Shown here piece after piece: positions 23,401 through 35,488 of a stretch of 64,000 bases of DNA. This DNA is from Carcharhinus longimanus (lineage: Eukaryota). The translations under genes and the position numbers were made by a program. The stretch spans positions 4,119,376-4,183,375 of the forward strand of contig JASCQW010000032.1 of NCBI GenBank assembly GCA_030264375.1. The letters are read 5' to 3'. The notes under the pieces were generated by a model, which made no database searches, was not told the DNA's origin, and worked only from the letters and a program-made list of their open reading frames with translations. Numbering within the stretch: position 1 is the first letter of the stretch; each line of letters begins with the position of its first letter.

Positions 23401-26400
23401 ACAGATGTTCTGCTATTGACAATGAATGAGTGAGTATTTGTTCACTTTTTTATGACAGCTGTAGATTTAGTTATTTTGTTTTATTTCTAATAACCTGATA
23501 GTTTTATGATGAAGGTGTGAATCATAAATTCTCTACTGTAGCAACATATTTCAAGATTTTCTTTTATAGTAAGTACTTCTGTTTGCAAAAGACAAATGAC
23601 CTAGGGTTATCCTCAGCAATCCAATTATTAGATAACTTTCAAGCTCCTTCTATGTATTTTGAACTGTCAGCTTAGAATAAACTGACAAATTATTATAAAA
23701 TGGCATTTCATCCCATTTAGAGGCTGCCATCATTACATTGATAAACTGCAAATTATAGAAAAATTATCTCCATCATATCAACTAACAGACTTGATTTTGT
23801 AATGAGACTTTTAAGATCAATCCTGTGGTAAGATAATATCATAAGAGCAAAGTCAATACAGTTCATGACTTGTTGAGCATTTAGGTTTTTAACAAATTAT
23901 AAACTGATTATAGAGCACCATGTCATCAGGGGTATTGAAAAATTGATTATGGTAATTCATAACTTAAGATGTTCATTATTTCCAGTAATGTTAAAGCAGT
24001 CATGAAACCATAAATTTTATCATGTGTTTTATATATGTATAAAATGCAGCTTGGAATGTCTTTCTCTCTGTGCAGAATTAACATTGCTTGAAAATGCATT
24101 TGTCAAATTGTGGGAAAGCTATGACTTTCTTGTTGGTATGGCAGTCCAAATTTTGCAGCCTGCCATCTCTTATAACCACCAAAATTGAGACAATTGTCCT
24201 CATCTGTCAGCTCTAGCTAAATCCTACAAATGCTTCTTAAAAGTTATGTAGGGGTTTTTGCATTTAACTATGTATCTGTTTTCCTTTTAGTATCTTTAGT
24301 TTCATTTACAAACCCTGAGGAAAATTAGTTGCTGTAAGCTGAGCTGTATGAAGGCGAAGTTAACAGCTCCATTGATAATTCATTTCCTTCATACCATTGC
24401 CAGTAATAGCATCTGGCCAAAAGCCTTGCTTTCATCTGTAGATAGAGTTTTAAAAAATATATAAAATGTTTCAATGAGATTCTTTTTAATCATATGCTCA
24501 TTTTACTCCAGCGCTGCTGATGGTGTTAAAAATCAAACTTTAGTAAAACTGTATAAAAACTTAAAAAATCATTGAATACTGTAATATGTATATGTTCAGC
24601 GATCATAATGTTACAATGGTCCACAATGAACTAGCCATTCCAATTATCCTTCACCAGCTCCTTAAATAACTATAATAGAATGGCTAATTCATAATGGCCC
24701 ATTCTAAAGTAGTATCACCATGTTTAATTGCTGATTGATTAGTGGGAATATGGTAATAATGGCTTGTTAATTTGATGGTTACAACTTTGTCAGATTTGTT
24801 ACTTGGTAGCAGTTTCAGCTGTGGCTCAGAAGACTCCGTGTTCCAGTCTTATTCTGGCATTTGAGTCCATAATCTAAGATGACACCCAAATCAAGTCTAG
24901 TGCTGGATGGTGGTGACTTCTTGGGTGAGACGTTAGACCAAGATGTTCTGTTGATGTTAAAGGTTGGCTTTGTCAGAGATCCTGGGTACCAGCAACCTTG
25001 GGCACTCTTAGTCAACTTGAGTACGAACAGCGCTAGATACCATGCATAATCCAAGACAAGGCCTCTAATGGCTTCCAAACTATGAAACTTCAATCTGAGC
25101 ATTTTAACTTCCACAGCTTTCATTATTCAAAAAGTCCATGCCTACCTCGGGTGCCGTTTATTATACTTTGCTATGTGCAGAATGGCTTTTATGTTTGCCA
25201 ATGTAGCACTAACTATTTTTCAAGGGAATTCAGCAGTAAATACACTTCAAGGGAATTCATTCTGGGATATGATCAAGTGTAATATAAAAGCAAGTATTTT
25301 TATTGGGAGGTTAAGGATTTTGTTAAAAGTATAGTGTGGTATTAACTCTCAGGATGCCTCCATCCTGGTTCTGCAAATGGCAGTTATTTGGATCGAAGGA
25401 ACTCTATTCCCATTTTATTTTTATTAAATGCAGTTTCTTGCAAGAATGGCATCCTTATAAGACCATTTCATTTTTCATCAATGCTGAAGTTATAGAACAA
25501 ATCCTGATTTAGGAGCAAATCAGAGTGAAATGTCTTGAAGGAAACTAAGCACGAGTCTTGTCTGGTCTAGCTTTTGATATATTATAACTGTTGCTGAAAG
25601 TCTGTATAGTATAAATGCAGCCAAAGGAAAGCAAGATTTTCAGAGAATCCAATGTTCTTACAGCTCTCTTGCGATATACCAGCTATTGCGCAGAAGAGGC
25701 AAATCTTACACCGGCATGCCAGCCATAAGCTGTGGGGACTGTATGTTCTGTCCTCCTGCAAAATGTTTTGAGAGAATTTTAAATAACATGCACAAGTTGC
25801 ACTTTCATTTAAAGAAATGTAATTCTGTCCATGTCTATAGTAAATTAAGATGCATCAACCTAAGTTGCTTATATTTAGATCTTTTTGCTTCAGGGCACAG
25901 GTCAGATTCAAGTTACCACTGTCTTTCTCTTTTGCTGACTTTTGCTATCCCCTGCAATCCAACCCTCCATTTCAGTTCTTAACCTAGATGTTTCTTCATA
26001 GAGCGAGTCTGATTTTTAGGGATTGCCTTGAAGAAGCAGAGATTTCTTGCCAGTTTGCTTGGCTAGAAAATTGAGAAGAGGGTTTCAACAGCATTCTTGT
26101 GCTGTTATCATCAGTCTTCAGCATGGGTTCAGCACTATTAGCCTCTGTTATCATTGTTTTCATTTCTTTGAACTCCATGTTATGATTACAAGTTGACTGT
26201 TGAAGGGTGCAATTTAACGTTGAGATTAAAAATAGAAATTTGTACCTGCTGGAGTTCTGAAATTAAAACCAAGAAGAAACTATAAATACCCAGCAGGTCT
26301 GAGGCATTTGAAAGGAAGTGTATTTGGTGAGCAGATTTTCCTTAAGTCTGCTCTCGAAGAACTTTGGTGAAAGTAAAGAGTGCTATGAGCAATGTGCATC

Positions 26401-27899
26401 ATTCCTTGTCTCAGTATTATTGTTGAATGCCTTCAGTAAAGTATCTATAAATCTTCAGATGCAGGACAAACCGGTTCTTGAACTTGAATTTCACTATAAG
26501 AACTTAACAGGAGTTTGATGTATGAATGAGGATTTGTACTTGGTTGGGTTTGTCTGACTAATTTTAATACGTTGGAATAATTTTAATACATATTTAATTA
26601 AAGTTGTGGTTTGGCAATTTTCTTCCTTTTACTGTTATCCGTTTATGTAATATCTTTAACAAAAGAGCAATGTACCTGAAATGAATTTCTGTATGAGTTT
26701 CCTTTATAGATAATAAAGTGAAATTGAATTTGAATTGAAAAGATGGTTTAACTGTTCAAATATAGATTAGAACCATTGGCATATCTTTCCCCTTTATGGT
26801 TGCTGACAAGACCTGTTATGTATTTACCATATTTCTGTTTATGATATTCAGACAAAGTTCACAGCAACCCAAAGGTTTTATACTTGGGATTATCTAATAC
26901 GAATAGCTGTTCATTCCAACTACAGTTCAGGCCTATGTGAGGCAATAGTAGGTGAGGAAGGAACTGTGTCAAAATAACAGCATTGATGCGTGGTGCTGGT
27001 TCTAAGACTCCCTAATGTCACAGCAAGTTAACTAATTGTATAGTTGTCAATTTTAAGTAACCATTAGCTAAGAAACCCTTCAGCTGGGAAAGTTGACTAA
27101 GAATTAAAAATACAAATTGAAATGGGATTTGTTTCATCTTCTAATGTAAATCTGAATTTCTGAGTTAATGCAGATGTATATTTCCAGAGACAACCTTAGG
27201 GATATGAGTGTTCAAAACTGTACACATGTGTACATGGATGTTTTATTTAAAGAAAATCTGTTTCCAGTATACTATACTAGTTGAGTTGAGACTGATTATT
27301 TCACCATGATTTTCTATAAGTTTGTTTATTATTTTAGAGAGATTTTCAGGACCAACTAATTTCCTGAAGAAAAGTATAATTGCTCCTTCCCTAGCAGAAT
27401 TGTAATATATTGAAAAGTGGAATTTGCATTATTATTGCTGTACAAAATTTAATTTAATATCTCAGTTTATGACTTTGGGTTTGACTACAGTGATAAAAAA
27501 TTGACATTAGGGAGATTTGTGAGAACAGATGCCATATTGCTTTGCTAAAATGCTGTTTTCCTTCAGGACAAAAAAGGTTGTGTTAATAGAAGTGCAGTAA
27601 TGTATTTTCAGTGATTATGCCACAGTTATTTCACCTCTTCTATATGTACCAATTAATAATATTTTCATAAAATGTCCACTATAAAGATCAGGTTTAAATT
27701 TCAGTCTGTTTCATCTAAGAACAGGCTGTGTAGTTTTTCCACGTACTGCTCGAGATTCAAAATTATACACTGTGCTTGACCTAAGATTAAAACTAAGGAA
27801 TGAATGCATCAGAATGCAATGTAGTACATGGTGTGCAAATTTAAGAAGAAAAAAGTCAGGATGAAAGAGGACTTTGCTTCCTTTGGGAATCCTTAAGAG

Positions 27900-28175
27900 G
27901 GTACAGTAGCCTTGTGGAATGTGGTTACTAGCCTTGTGGCTAGTGACCCGAATGTTATGAGGTTAAATGACATAATGATAGATTGAATTCACTGGCTTGC
28001 TGGGCTAGCATCAGGAAAAAAAATGACAGTGAAAGCTGCCAAGTTGTTGTAAAAGCCCAGTGGCTCACTCATGTCCTTCAAGGGTAGGGGCTTCTTACCT
28101 CTACCTGATCCATTCTGAAAATGACTCCAGTCCCGCACTGTGTAGAGTCATAAGGCCCTCAAGGGGCAATAAGTA
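27900..28175 (+). mobile_element. Decayed SINE (family of 14212-14550)
   Basis: gttgtaaaagcccagtggctcactcatgtccttcaaggg core and ggggcaat tail. Confidence 0.6.
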
Positions 28176-29343
28176 CTGTCATGTTACTGTTGATTGCATT
28201 CCAATAACTAATAAAAAAAAAGTCGACATCTGATGCATGTTTTGATTTGGGGTCGGGGGGATGGCGAGGGACAGGATGGAGCAAAAAAGATGTTTTAGAA
28301 AAATTGCTTTTGAAAGCTGATTTCCAAAAGAACTGTGTTGTGAGGCTGGATACAAGTGTCTCAGACTCTCGGGTGATGGCCTACCTTGGAAATGGCATCC
28401 CTGATTGGGTGGCTGCACGTTGCCAGGTAAAATCTATAAAATATAATTTTCTCTTGAGCAGTGCATTTAAGAAGAATTGCACGAGGAAAGGGCTGACATA
28501 ATGGTTGATTTTAACAACTGAGATGAGATTGAAGTTTGCCTTTCCAACTGCTACCAATATTTAGAAATCGCCATTAATGAAGTAAAATGCTTTCTAAGAG
28601 CATTCTCAAACAAAACTTGACTCACAGATATAAGACAGATGAGGTAGGTTAAAATAATTGTTATTTTGTTTACACCCTCTGAATAAAGATGGTGGTGCAA
28701 GGAAATCAGAATAACCAAATCTAAGAATTATCTATTTCGAACTTAGTGACCAAATTTTGACATCATTTTAAACATTATGAAAACTTAATTCTTCACTGTG
28801 TTTGGAAGAGTTTAGATTCAGATAATGTCAATCAAGATGATACATTTGATCTCCATTTCTTAGATTGGCTAAGTTACCAAATCCAGGAGATGAACAATTG
28901 CCATGGGAACTTCCTACAAGCACAGTTCATTTCAGGAACAATTGCTGCATGGATGGTCTTTTGTTTGCTTGCAAACCTTATTAGTCTGTTAAGATTCCTC
29001 TTGTGGAGGATAAAACTTAGATTGTTGGTGCCAGATAATAGAAAATATAGACCAATTGACCCCCAATTTGCGATTAATGGGTTAGTACTGATGACTTATC
29101 AATTGTTTCAAACCCATATATGAGTGTCTACCATTAAACTATTCTATCTTGATATTGTAGTAAATTTGTTAAGATTGCAAAGTTTGTGAAAACAATTTGA
29201 ATAATTTTCTCCACTTCTTACTGAACCCCAGCTAAAATAATACCTTATAAATTGCAAAAGCTAAATTTAATTATGCCTCAAGTGAATTTGTGACATTACA
29301 AACCCTGTTAGTTACTTATGCTGCTGTTAACTTTTTGTTATAG

Positions 29344-29426
29344 ATTATTGAGACTGAAAATATGATGGATCGAATTGTGACTGGCTTAGCTGAGTCTAGT
29401 ATCAAGGTGCGGTTAGCTGCTGTCAG
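29344..29426 (+). CDS. ARMC8: ARMC8 exon (~13): [27 protein letters not shown](R)
   Basis: tatag acceptor, gtatgg donor; 83 nt, phase 0/2. Confidence 0.96.
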
Positions 29427-30559
29427 GTATGGATGGACTCCTGAACTTTCCTGTCTGAAATACAATTTGATAGTTCTAAAACCAATATAGTGACTAGTAT
29501 TGTGTTGACTCGGCAGACACTGAATCTTTAATCAGTTTAGCAAATACTCCTGTAACATTTGCATGGGTAATAAAATAGAGAATGAAAAAGGGCCCAGATT
29601 TGCTACATAATTAGTTGGCTATTGTATTATTAANNNNNNNNNNNNNNNNNNNNNNNNNNNNNNNNNNNNNNNNNNNNNNNNNNNNNNNNNNNNNNNNNNN
29701 NNNNNNNNNNNNNNNNNNNNNNNNNNNNNNNNNNNNNNNNNNNNNNNNNNNNNNNNNNNNNNNNNNNNNNNNNNNNNNNNNNNNNNNNNNNNNNNNNNNN
29801 NNNNNNNNNNNNNNNNNNNNNNNNNNNNNNNNNNNNNNNNNGATAGTTTTGTGATTACATTTTCAAATTCTCATGTGCCTGGGGGGAAGCTTTTAGCTTT
29901 CATGATTTTTTTCTAGTGATTAAATCCAACAACCTTGTTGATCTGTGAATATTTGATTTAGTAAATTATTCTAAGATACATCTTAATGAGTGTAACTAGT
30001 TAGGCAAATTTCAGTTTAATATTGTTTTTGTGTAAGGTGCAGCTATGTACATTATATAGGTGGAGTGTACCTTGGTTGTTTTGAGTTGTAGTCTTGCATT
30101 AAGTGGATGAATGTTAGTTTGACTGGAGTAACCCTGAGTTAAGACATTGAAGGCTGATCCCAGGCATAGAGGACTTGAGACAAAATAAAAATTCAGATGT
30201 TGAATCTTTCGAAACAATTTGGGGAAGACCTCATAAGGTTCGTGCTAACATTCTTTAATTGTGTAGGAATAGTAAGTCCTCATGTTAAATTTTGATAGTG
30301 GGACAAAGAAGAAAGGTTTAAAATTAGTCTGACAGGTTTTATACTGATGTCAGGAAGTTGTTCTTGATCAATTGGATCAAGTTTATTCAAGAAACTATTG
30401 GACACTGCAAAAGTGGTTTGTAGGTAGGATAGACGGAACAACACCTTCATTTTTCTTGTTATCTCCTGATCTGTCATTACTAATACACAGTCAGACAGCT
30501 TGAATTTTGACACTGATCGTTTGGGCAGTTTAACTTTTAATGGCCAATCCTATTTTTGA

Positions 30560-31860
30560 ATGTAGGAACAAATGAGGCACAGATGCAGGCAATTCAGCCC
30601 ATTATTTCTGCCATTTCTATTAGCCTCCGTAACTCTCTTCAATCCCTGTCCTTCTTCCATTTCCCTTCATATGGACTTCCCAAGTGTTTCTTTTTTTAAG
30701 CATGTCAGTTGACTTTGTCTTTATGACCATCTGAGGAGAAATCATTCCTGAATGATATTCCTGAACTGGAATTCTAGGAATAGATTCTCTTGTTCTAGAT
30801 TCCCCATCAATTGTCATCATCATTTGAATTACCTTAGTGGGATTATCATTTAAACTCCTCAGCTATTGGACATATTTCCAAAATCTCTCACCATAACAAC
30901 CTCCTAGGTAATTTCCTAGTAAATAATTGTTAGATTTTCTTTAAGTAAACAAATCATTCCTAAGGCCAAACTGTCCGATTTGATACATTACTGGCATGGT
31001 GCATAATTGAAGTAATACTTTTATATTCTCTATCTCTTGTGATGGAGCCTGTGTCATGTTATGCTTTTGATTGCTATTTGCACTTGAACCATAACTTTTA
31101 GTGGTTTATATACTTGAACCCTTAAATGTTGTCTGCCCCATCCAGTATTTTCCATTCAAGCAATACTACCTGTTATTCTTAATCCAAAATGTATCATTCA
31201 CTCTTTCTTGAATTACATCGGCACATTCTCAATCCATTTATGTCTGTACATAATTTTCTACTGTCTTCTTTATTGTATTTACGATCTTAGGATCATCTGT
31301 AATGAAGGATTTATTTCCATTTGTTCCCAAATCCAGATAATATGTGAGATGAAAAGCTGAGAGCCAACATAAATTCTTGGGGTGGGGTGTAATAGCAATT
31401 CTTATTGCTATCCTTTTCATCCTAATTGTCTACCTTCTACTTTCCTACTTGTTTCTCATCTAATTCCATGTACTTTAATTTTGGCTCGCAATGTATAGAA
31501 TTTCAAGTCTATGAATAGACAACCTAATCCTCTTCCCTGCATCACCTCAGTGTCTGTGACAAGGGGTCCAATAGATTGATTGACATGATCCACCTTCTGC
31601 AAAAGCATATTTTGATGAGAGCTTTCACTCTATCTATTCTTAAAATCTTTCTACTGCAAACATTAATCTTACTGATTCATCGGTATTTGATTTCTCACCT
31701 TCCTTTTGGAATAAAGACGTTTGATGTCTTCCAGTCCTACTGTACTTTCTATACGCTACCTCTAGTTTTAAAAAAAACCTGAAATCTATTATCTCTTTAT
31801 TGATCCTAAGTACTTTCTCTAAATCCAGTGACCTTTAATGAATGCATTCCCGGTTTATTT
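30560..31860 (-). mobile_element. Highly decayed CR1 LINE
   Basis: taggaacaaatgaggc...cagccc CR1-type 3' end and reverse FITDD.KI RT motif (ORF 31238..31420). Confidence 0.5.
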
Positions 31861-32306
31861 GCCTCCCCTTTTAATATACATACATATCAAGGTCCCGCAA
31901 TTTGTGATTTCATAATTTTATCCCATTATAATTTTTCTGTTTTGAATTAATTTCTCTGTGCCAATCTTTAGTTTTCCTAAACACACTTGCATTATATCTT
32001 CCTTCTGTAATGTGAAAATTGAAAATAGCATTATGGTTCTTCTGCTAAGTACTCATCTTCTGTTATTGTTTTGAGTATATCGTCAGGTTTATTTGACACA
32101 GATCATAGACCAATATTACCTTGATTTATTATTTCAGATGTTGATGGGGATTGGGTTTATTTAATCTGCTCAATCACTGGTCTTGTATGTTTGATCACTA
32201 CTTATTCTTGCATTGTTAAAGGATGATCAAGCACACCATCCACATTTGTTTAATTCTATATGTTTTTTTTGAGAGATATGTATCTTTGTCTGATTTCCAT
32301 TCATAG

Positions 32307-32388
32307 ATGTTTGCATAGTCTGTCCAGATCAGTACAGCAACTCCGGACAAGTTTTCAGGATCATACGGTGTGGAAACCACTAATGAAG
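32307..32388 (+). CDS. ARMC8: ARMC8 exon (~14): (R)[27 protein letters not shown]
   Basis: catag acceptor, gtaggt donor; 82 nt, phase 2/0. Confidence 0.96.
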
Positions 32389-32884
32389 GTAGGTAGTGGC
32401 ATGCATTTTAAGAAGCATTAATTATATTGAACTTTCAAAATGAACTTTAAATGTTTTGTGCCTCAATAGAGCTCAAGCTATTAGGAAATTAATTTGTTTG
32501 TTGCCACTAACTTGAGAAGTGTAATGTAGACATGGAAATTAAATAAGTTATTTATCTGCCAATAAAGGTCACTGGTGCACTGAGTTAAATCACCTGCAGA
32601 ATTCAGTCAAGGATCTGTCAAGTGCACAACTGGTTTGTGCTTGTGAATGAATACCGGCATATAAATGATGGATCTGATTAAAAACGCCGCTGGAATTAAC
32701 TTGCAATCCAGCAGTGAATACTTATCTAAAGATATAATGATCATACTCGATTAATTGTTCTGTATTAACAGGACCTGTTAAGAACAAAAAGGCAGCAAGT
32801 TTGGGTGTAACAAGTTAGAACTTCTAAAATCACATACTCAGAATGCAAAATTTGGGACCAACAAATTGTAGATAAAATGAGTAT

Positions 32885-34010
32885 TTTTCTCTCTTTTTCA
32901 TGGAATGTGGGCACCATTGACAAGGCCAGTATTTGTTGCCTATTCCTAATTGCCAGACTGGGCAAGGATGACGGATTTCTTTCCCTAAAGGACATTAGTG
33001 AACCAGAACTATCAATGATAGTTGTCATGTCACCGTTACTGAGAAGAGCTTCATATTCCAGATTTATCAATCGAATTCAAGTTCCACCAGCTGCCCCAGA
33101 GCATTAGCCTGGACTTCTGGATTACTAACCTAGTGATGTTACCACTGTGTTACCATCTCTGACAGTACAGGGTGCACATAAGCTATGGTCTGATTGAATG
33201 GTGGAAAAGACGAAGGGCTGATGGCATATTCCTGTTGCCATGTAACTATCACTGAATTTCTGACTTATCATAGAAAATACAGAGGTAATATCGCATTAAT
33301 GGAAGCCATTCAGTCCATCAATCCTGCACCTGCTCTCTTGAAGGACAACCCAGTTAATCTTACTTCCCTGCTCCTTCCCCATATTACTGCAATATTTTTG
33401 CTTCAGTGTTTATCCAGTCTCTCTCGGCCAAACTGTTCATTCCAAACTCAAATCGCTCCTTGTGTTTAAAAAAAGTTTTTCTATACACTACCTCTAGTTT
33501 TTTAAAAAAACAATTATCTGAAATCTGTACTCTCTTTATCGATCTTAAGCCATTGGAAACAATCTGTCTTGATTACGAAGTCTAAAGCCTTCAAAAATTT
33601 CAACAAATTATCAAATCTGCTCTTAACCTTCACTGCTTTAAGGGAACAACCCCAGCCTGTCCACTTACATAACAGTAATGCCTTAACCATGTGACTAAAC
33701 CTCTTCTGTACCCTCCCCATGCCCTTCCTAATGTGCGGTGTCCAGAATTGGGCACCCTACTTCAGCTGGCTCCGAACTAGTGTTTTATGTATGTTTAGCA
33801 TAACTTCCCGGCTTTTAGACCTTATGCCTCAACTGTTTTGTGAATCTGCCCTATTAGCTTCAAAGAATTGTGCACAGGTATCCAAAGGGGTCTCTCTCCT
33901 TGCATCTCTTCAAAATTGTACTATTTAGCTTGTATTATCTCTTTATTCCTCCTTCAAAAATATATCACCTCACACTGAACTGTGTTAAATTTCATTTTCC
34001 ATGTGTCACC
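32885..34010 (-). mobile_element. SINE (32885-33160) followed by a CR1 LINE 3' fragment (33268-34010)
   Basis: SINE tail as above; ORF 33514..33720 MGRVQKRFSHMV resembles the CR1 ORF2 C-terminus LERVQRRFTRM. Confidence 0.65.
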
Positions 34011-34204
34011 CATTCCACCAGCTAATTTGCATCCTCATGAGATCTGTTAGATACTGAACCCTAATTAACTTAATTTGATATATTACCAATCACCTATTTA
34101 AACTTTATATTCATAATATCAACTGCACAGTACTTATGCACCCTTGCTCACCTCATAAAATCCTCAATTGAATTAGTCAAACTAGGTCTCCCCTTAGTAA
34201 CTCA

Positions 34205-34410
34205 TATAGAATCCCGACAGTGCAGAAGGTGGTTATTCGGCCCATTGAACCTGCACTGCCTTTCCAACACAGCATCTTACCCAGAACCTCTCCCCGTCCT
34301 ATCCCCCTAACCCCATACATTTACTCCACTAACCCCCCTAACGTATACATCTTTACACAGTAAGGGGCAATTTAGCATGGCCAATCCACCTAACCTGCAC
34401 ATCTTTGGAA
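34205..34410 (-). mobile_element. HE1/V-SINE-type SINE, 3' half
   Basis: atagaatcccgacagtgcagaagg tail; gggcaatttagcatggccaatccacctaacctgcacatctttgg core. Confidence 0.8.
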
Positions 34411-35283
34411 AAATCCATAATACTTCACCATTACTATTCATGCTTGTCCAAGAGGCTGTCATTTTCACCCAGATTATTGTTTCTTTTAAGAATATTTTCA
34501 TTGTGGTTGACTCCCAACCATCGTCCAAGGGCAACTAGGGATGGGCAATAAATGCTGACTAGCCAACGATGCCCATGTTCCATGAATAAATAAGAAAAAA
34601 TTAGGAATTTTCCAGTTTACATTTACCACAAAACACAACAAATCCCCAAAATCACAGTATAGAGTAACCATTATTCCACATAAAGCTGCGGAAAAGACCA
34701 GCGGAAATGATTCCAATTATTAATCATTGTAGTCGGCGTCTCCTCTCGTACAGATAAAAGGATACAAAGAAGAGTTGGGGGGTGGTTTCAGCATAACAGG
34801 ATGCAGTCATGAATACGTGGCCCCAAGGTGCACAACCTCCTCCACACAGTAATACAGAACTGCACAATATACCCAGGACCGCCAAACAATGAAAGGATAA
34901 CCCAGAAAAAGGCAAACTTCAGAATGCTGCCATCAGTACAAAATGTAGCATGCCAACCTATGCTCATGTACAGGAACCAGTAAACTAAGGATTTGTACAC
35001 CACACCTAGGCTTGCAACCTCCCTCCTCTCCAACTGTGTCAGAGGCACCGATTAGGCTCCCCATCACCAGAAAACTTAAAACCATTTTCCCACTAACAAA
35101 GAAAAGGGGAATCGTCAAGACACCCGTACCTCAGGAATAGATATGACCATCCTCCCAACAAATAAGGGAAACTCTCCAGGATTAACTATAAAAATCAGCC
35201 TTTATCAACGCCTCATCCCACCCAAATGAAGAAAGGAAGTCCCAGAGAGAGAGGAGCATCAGGATTATCCAGTAGATGCCAGA

Positions 35284-35488
35284 CGTTGTTTTTCCACATT
35301 TAAGTCACCATTGCCCCACATACCAGAGGCTCGTGGTGATTTAATCAGAGGTCAGCACATCTCAGGCAAAGGTTGAGAAGGTGGGCCTTCATGAATAATC
35401 TTAGCCAGTGCGGGAATTGAACTCACGCTGTTGCCTGCGCTTTGCATCGCAAACCAGCCAAACAGTCCACTGAGCTAAACCAACGCCC
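35284..35488 (-). mobile_element. tRNA-derived SINE (third family)
   Basis: Minus-strand head gggcgttggtttagctcagtgg (A box) ... gagttcaattcccgc (B box). Confidence 0.7.

Noticed and set aside
24815-25123. 102-aa minus ORF with faint HS...G.W spacing reminiscent of tyrosine recombinases
   Set aside because: Catalytic R and Y residues are not in place; the similarity is within chance.
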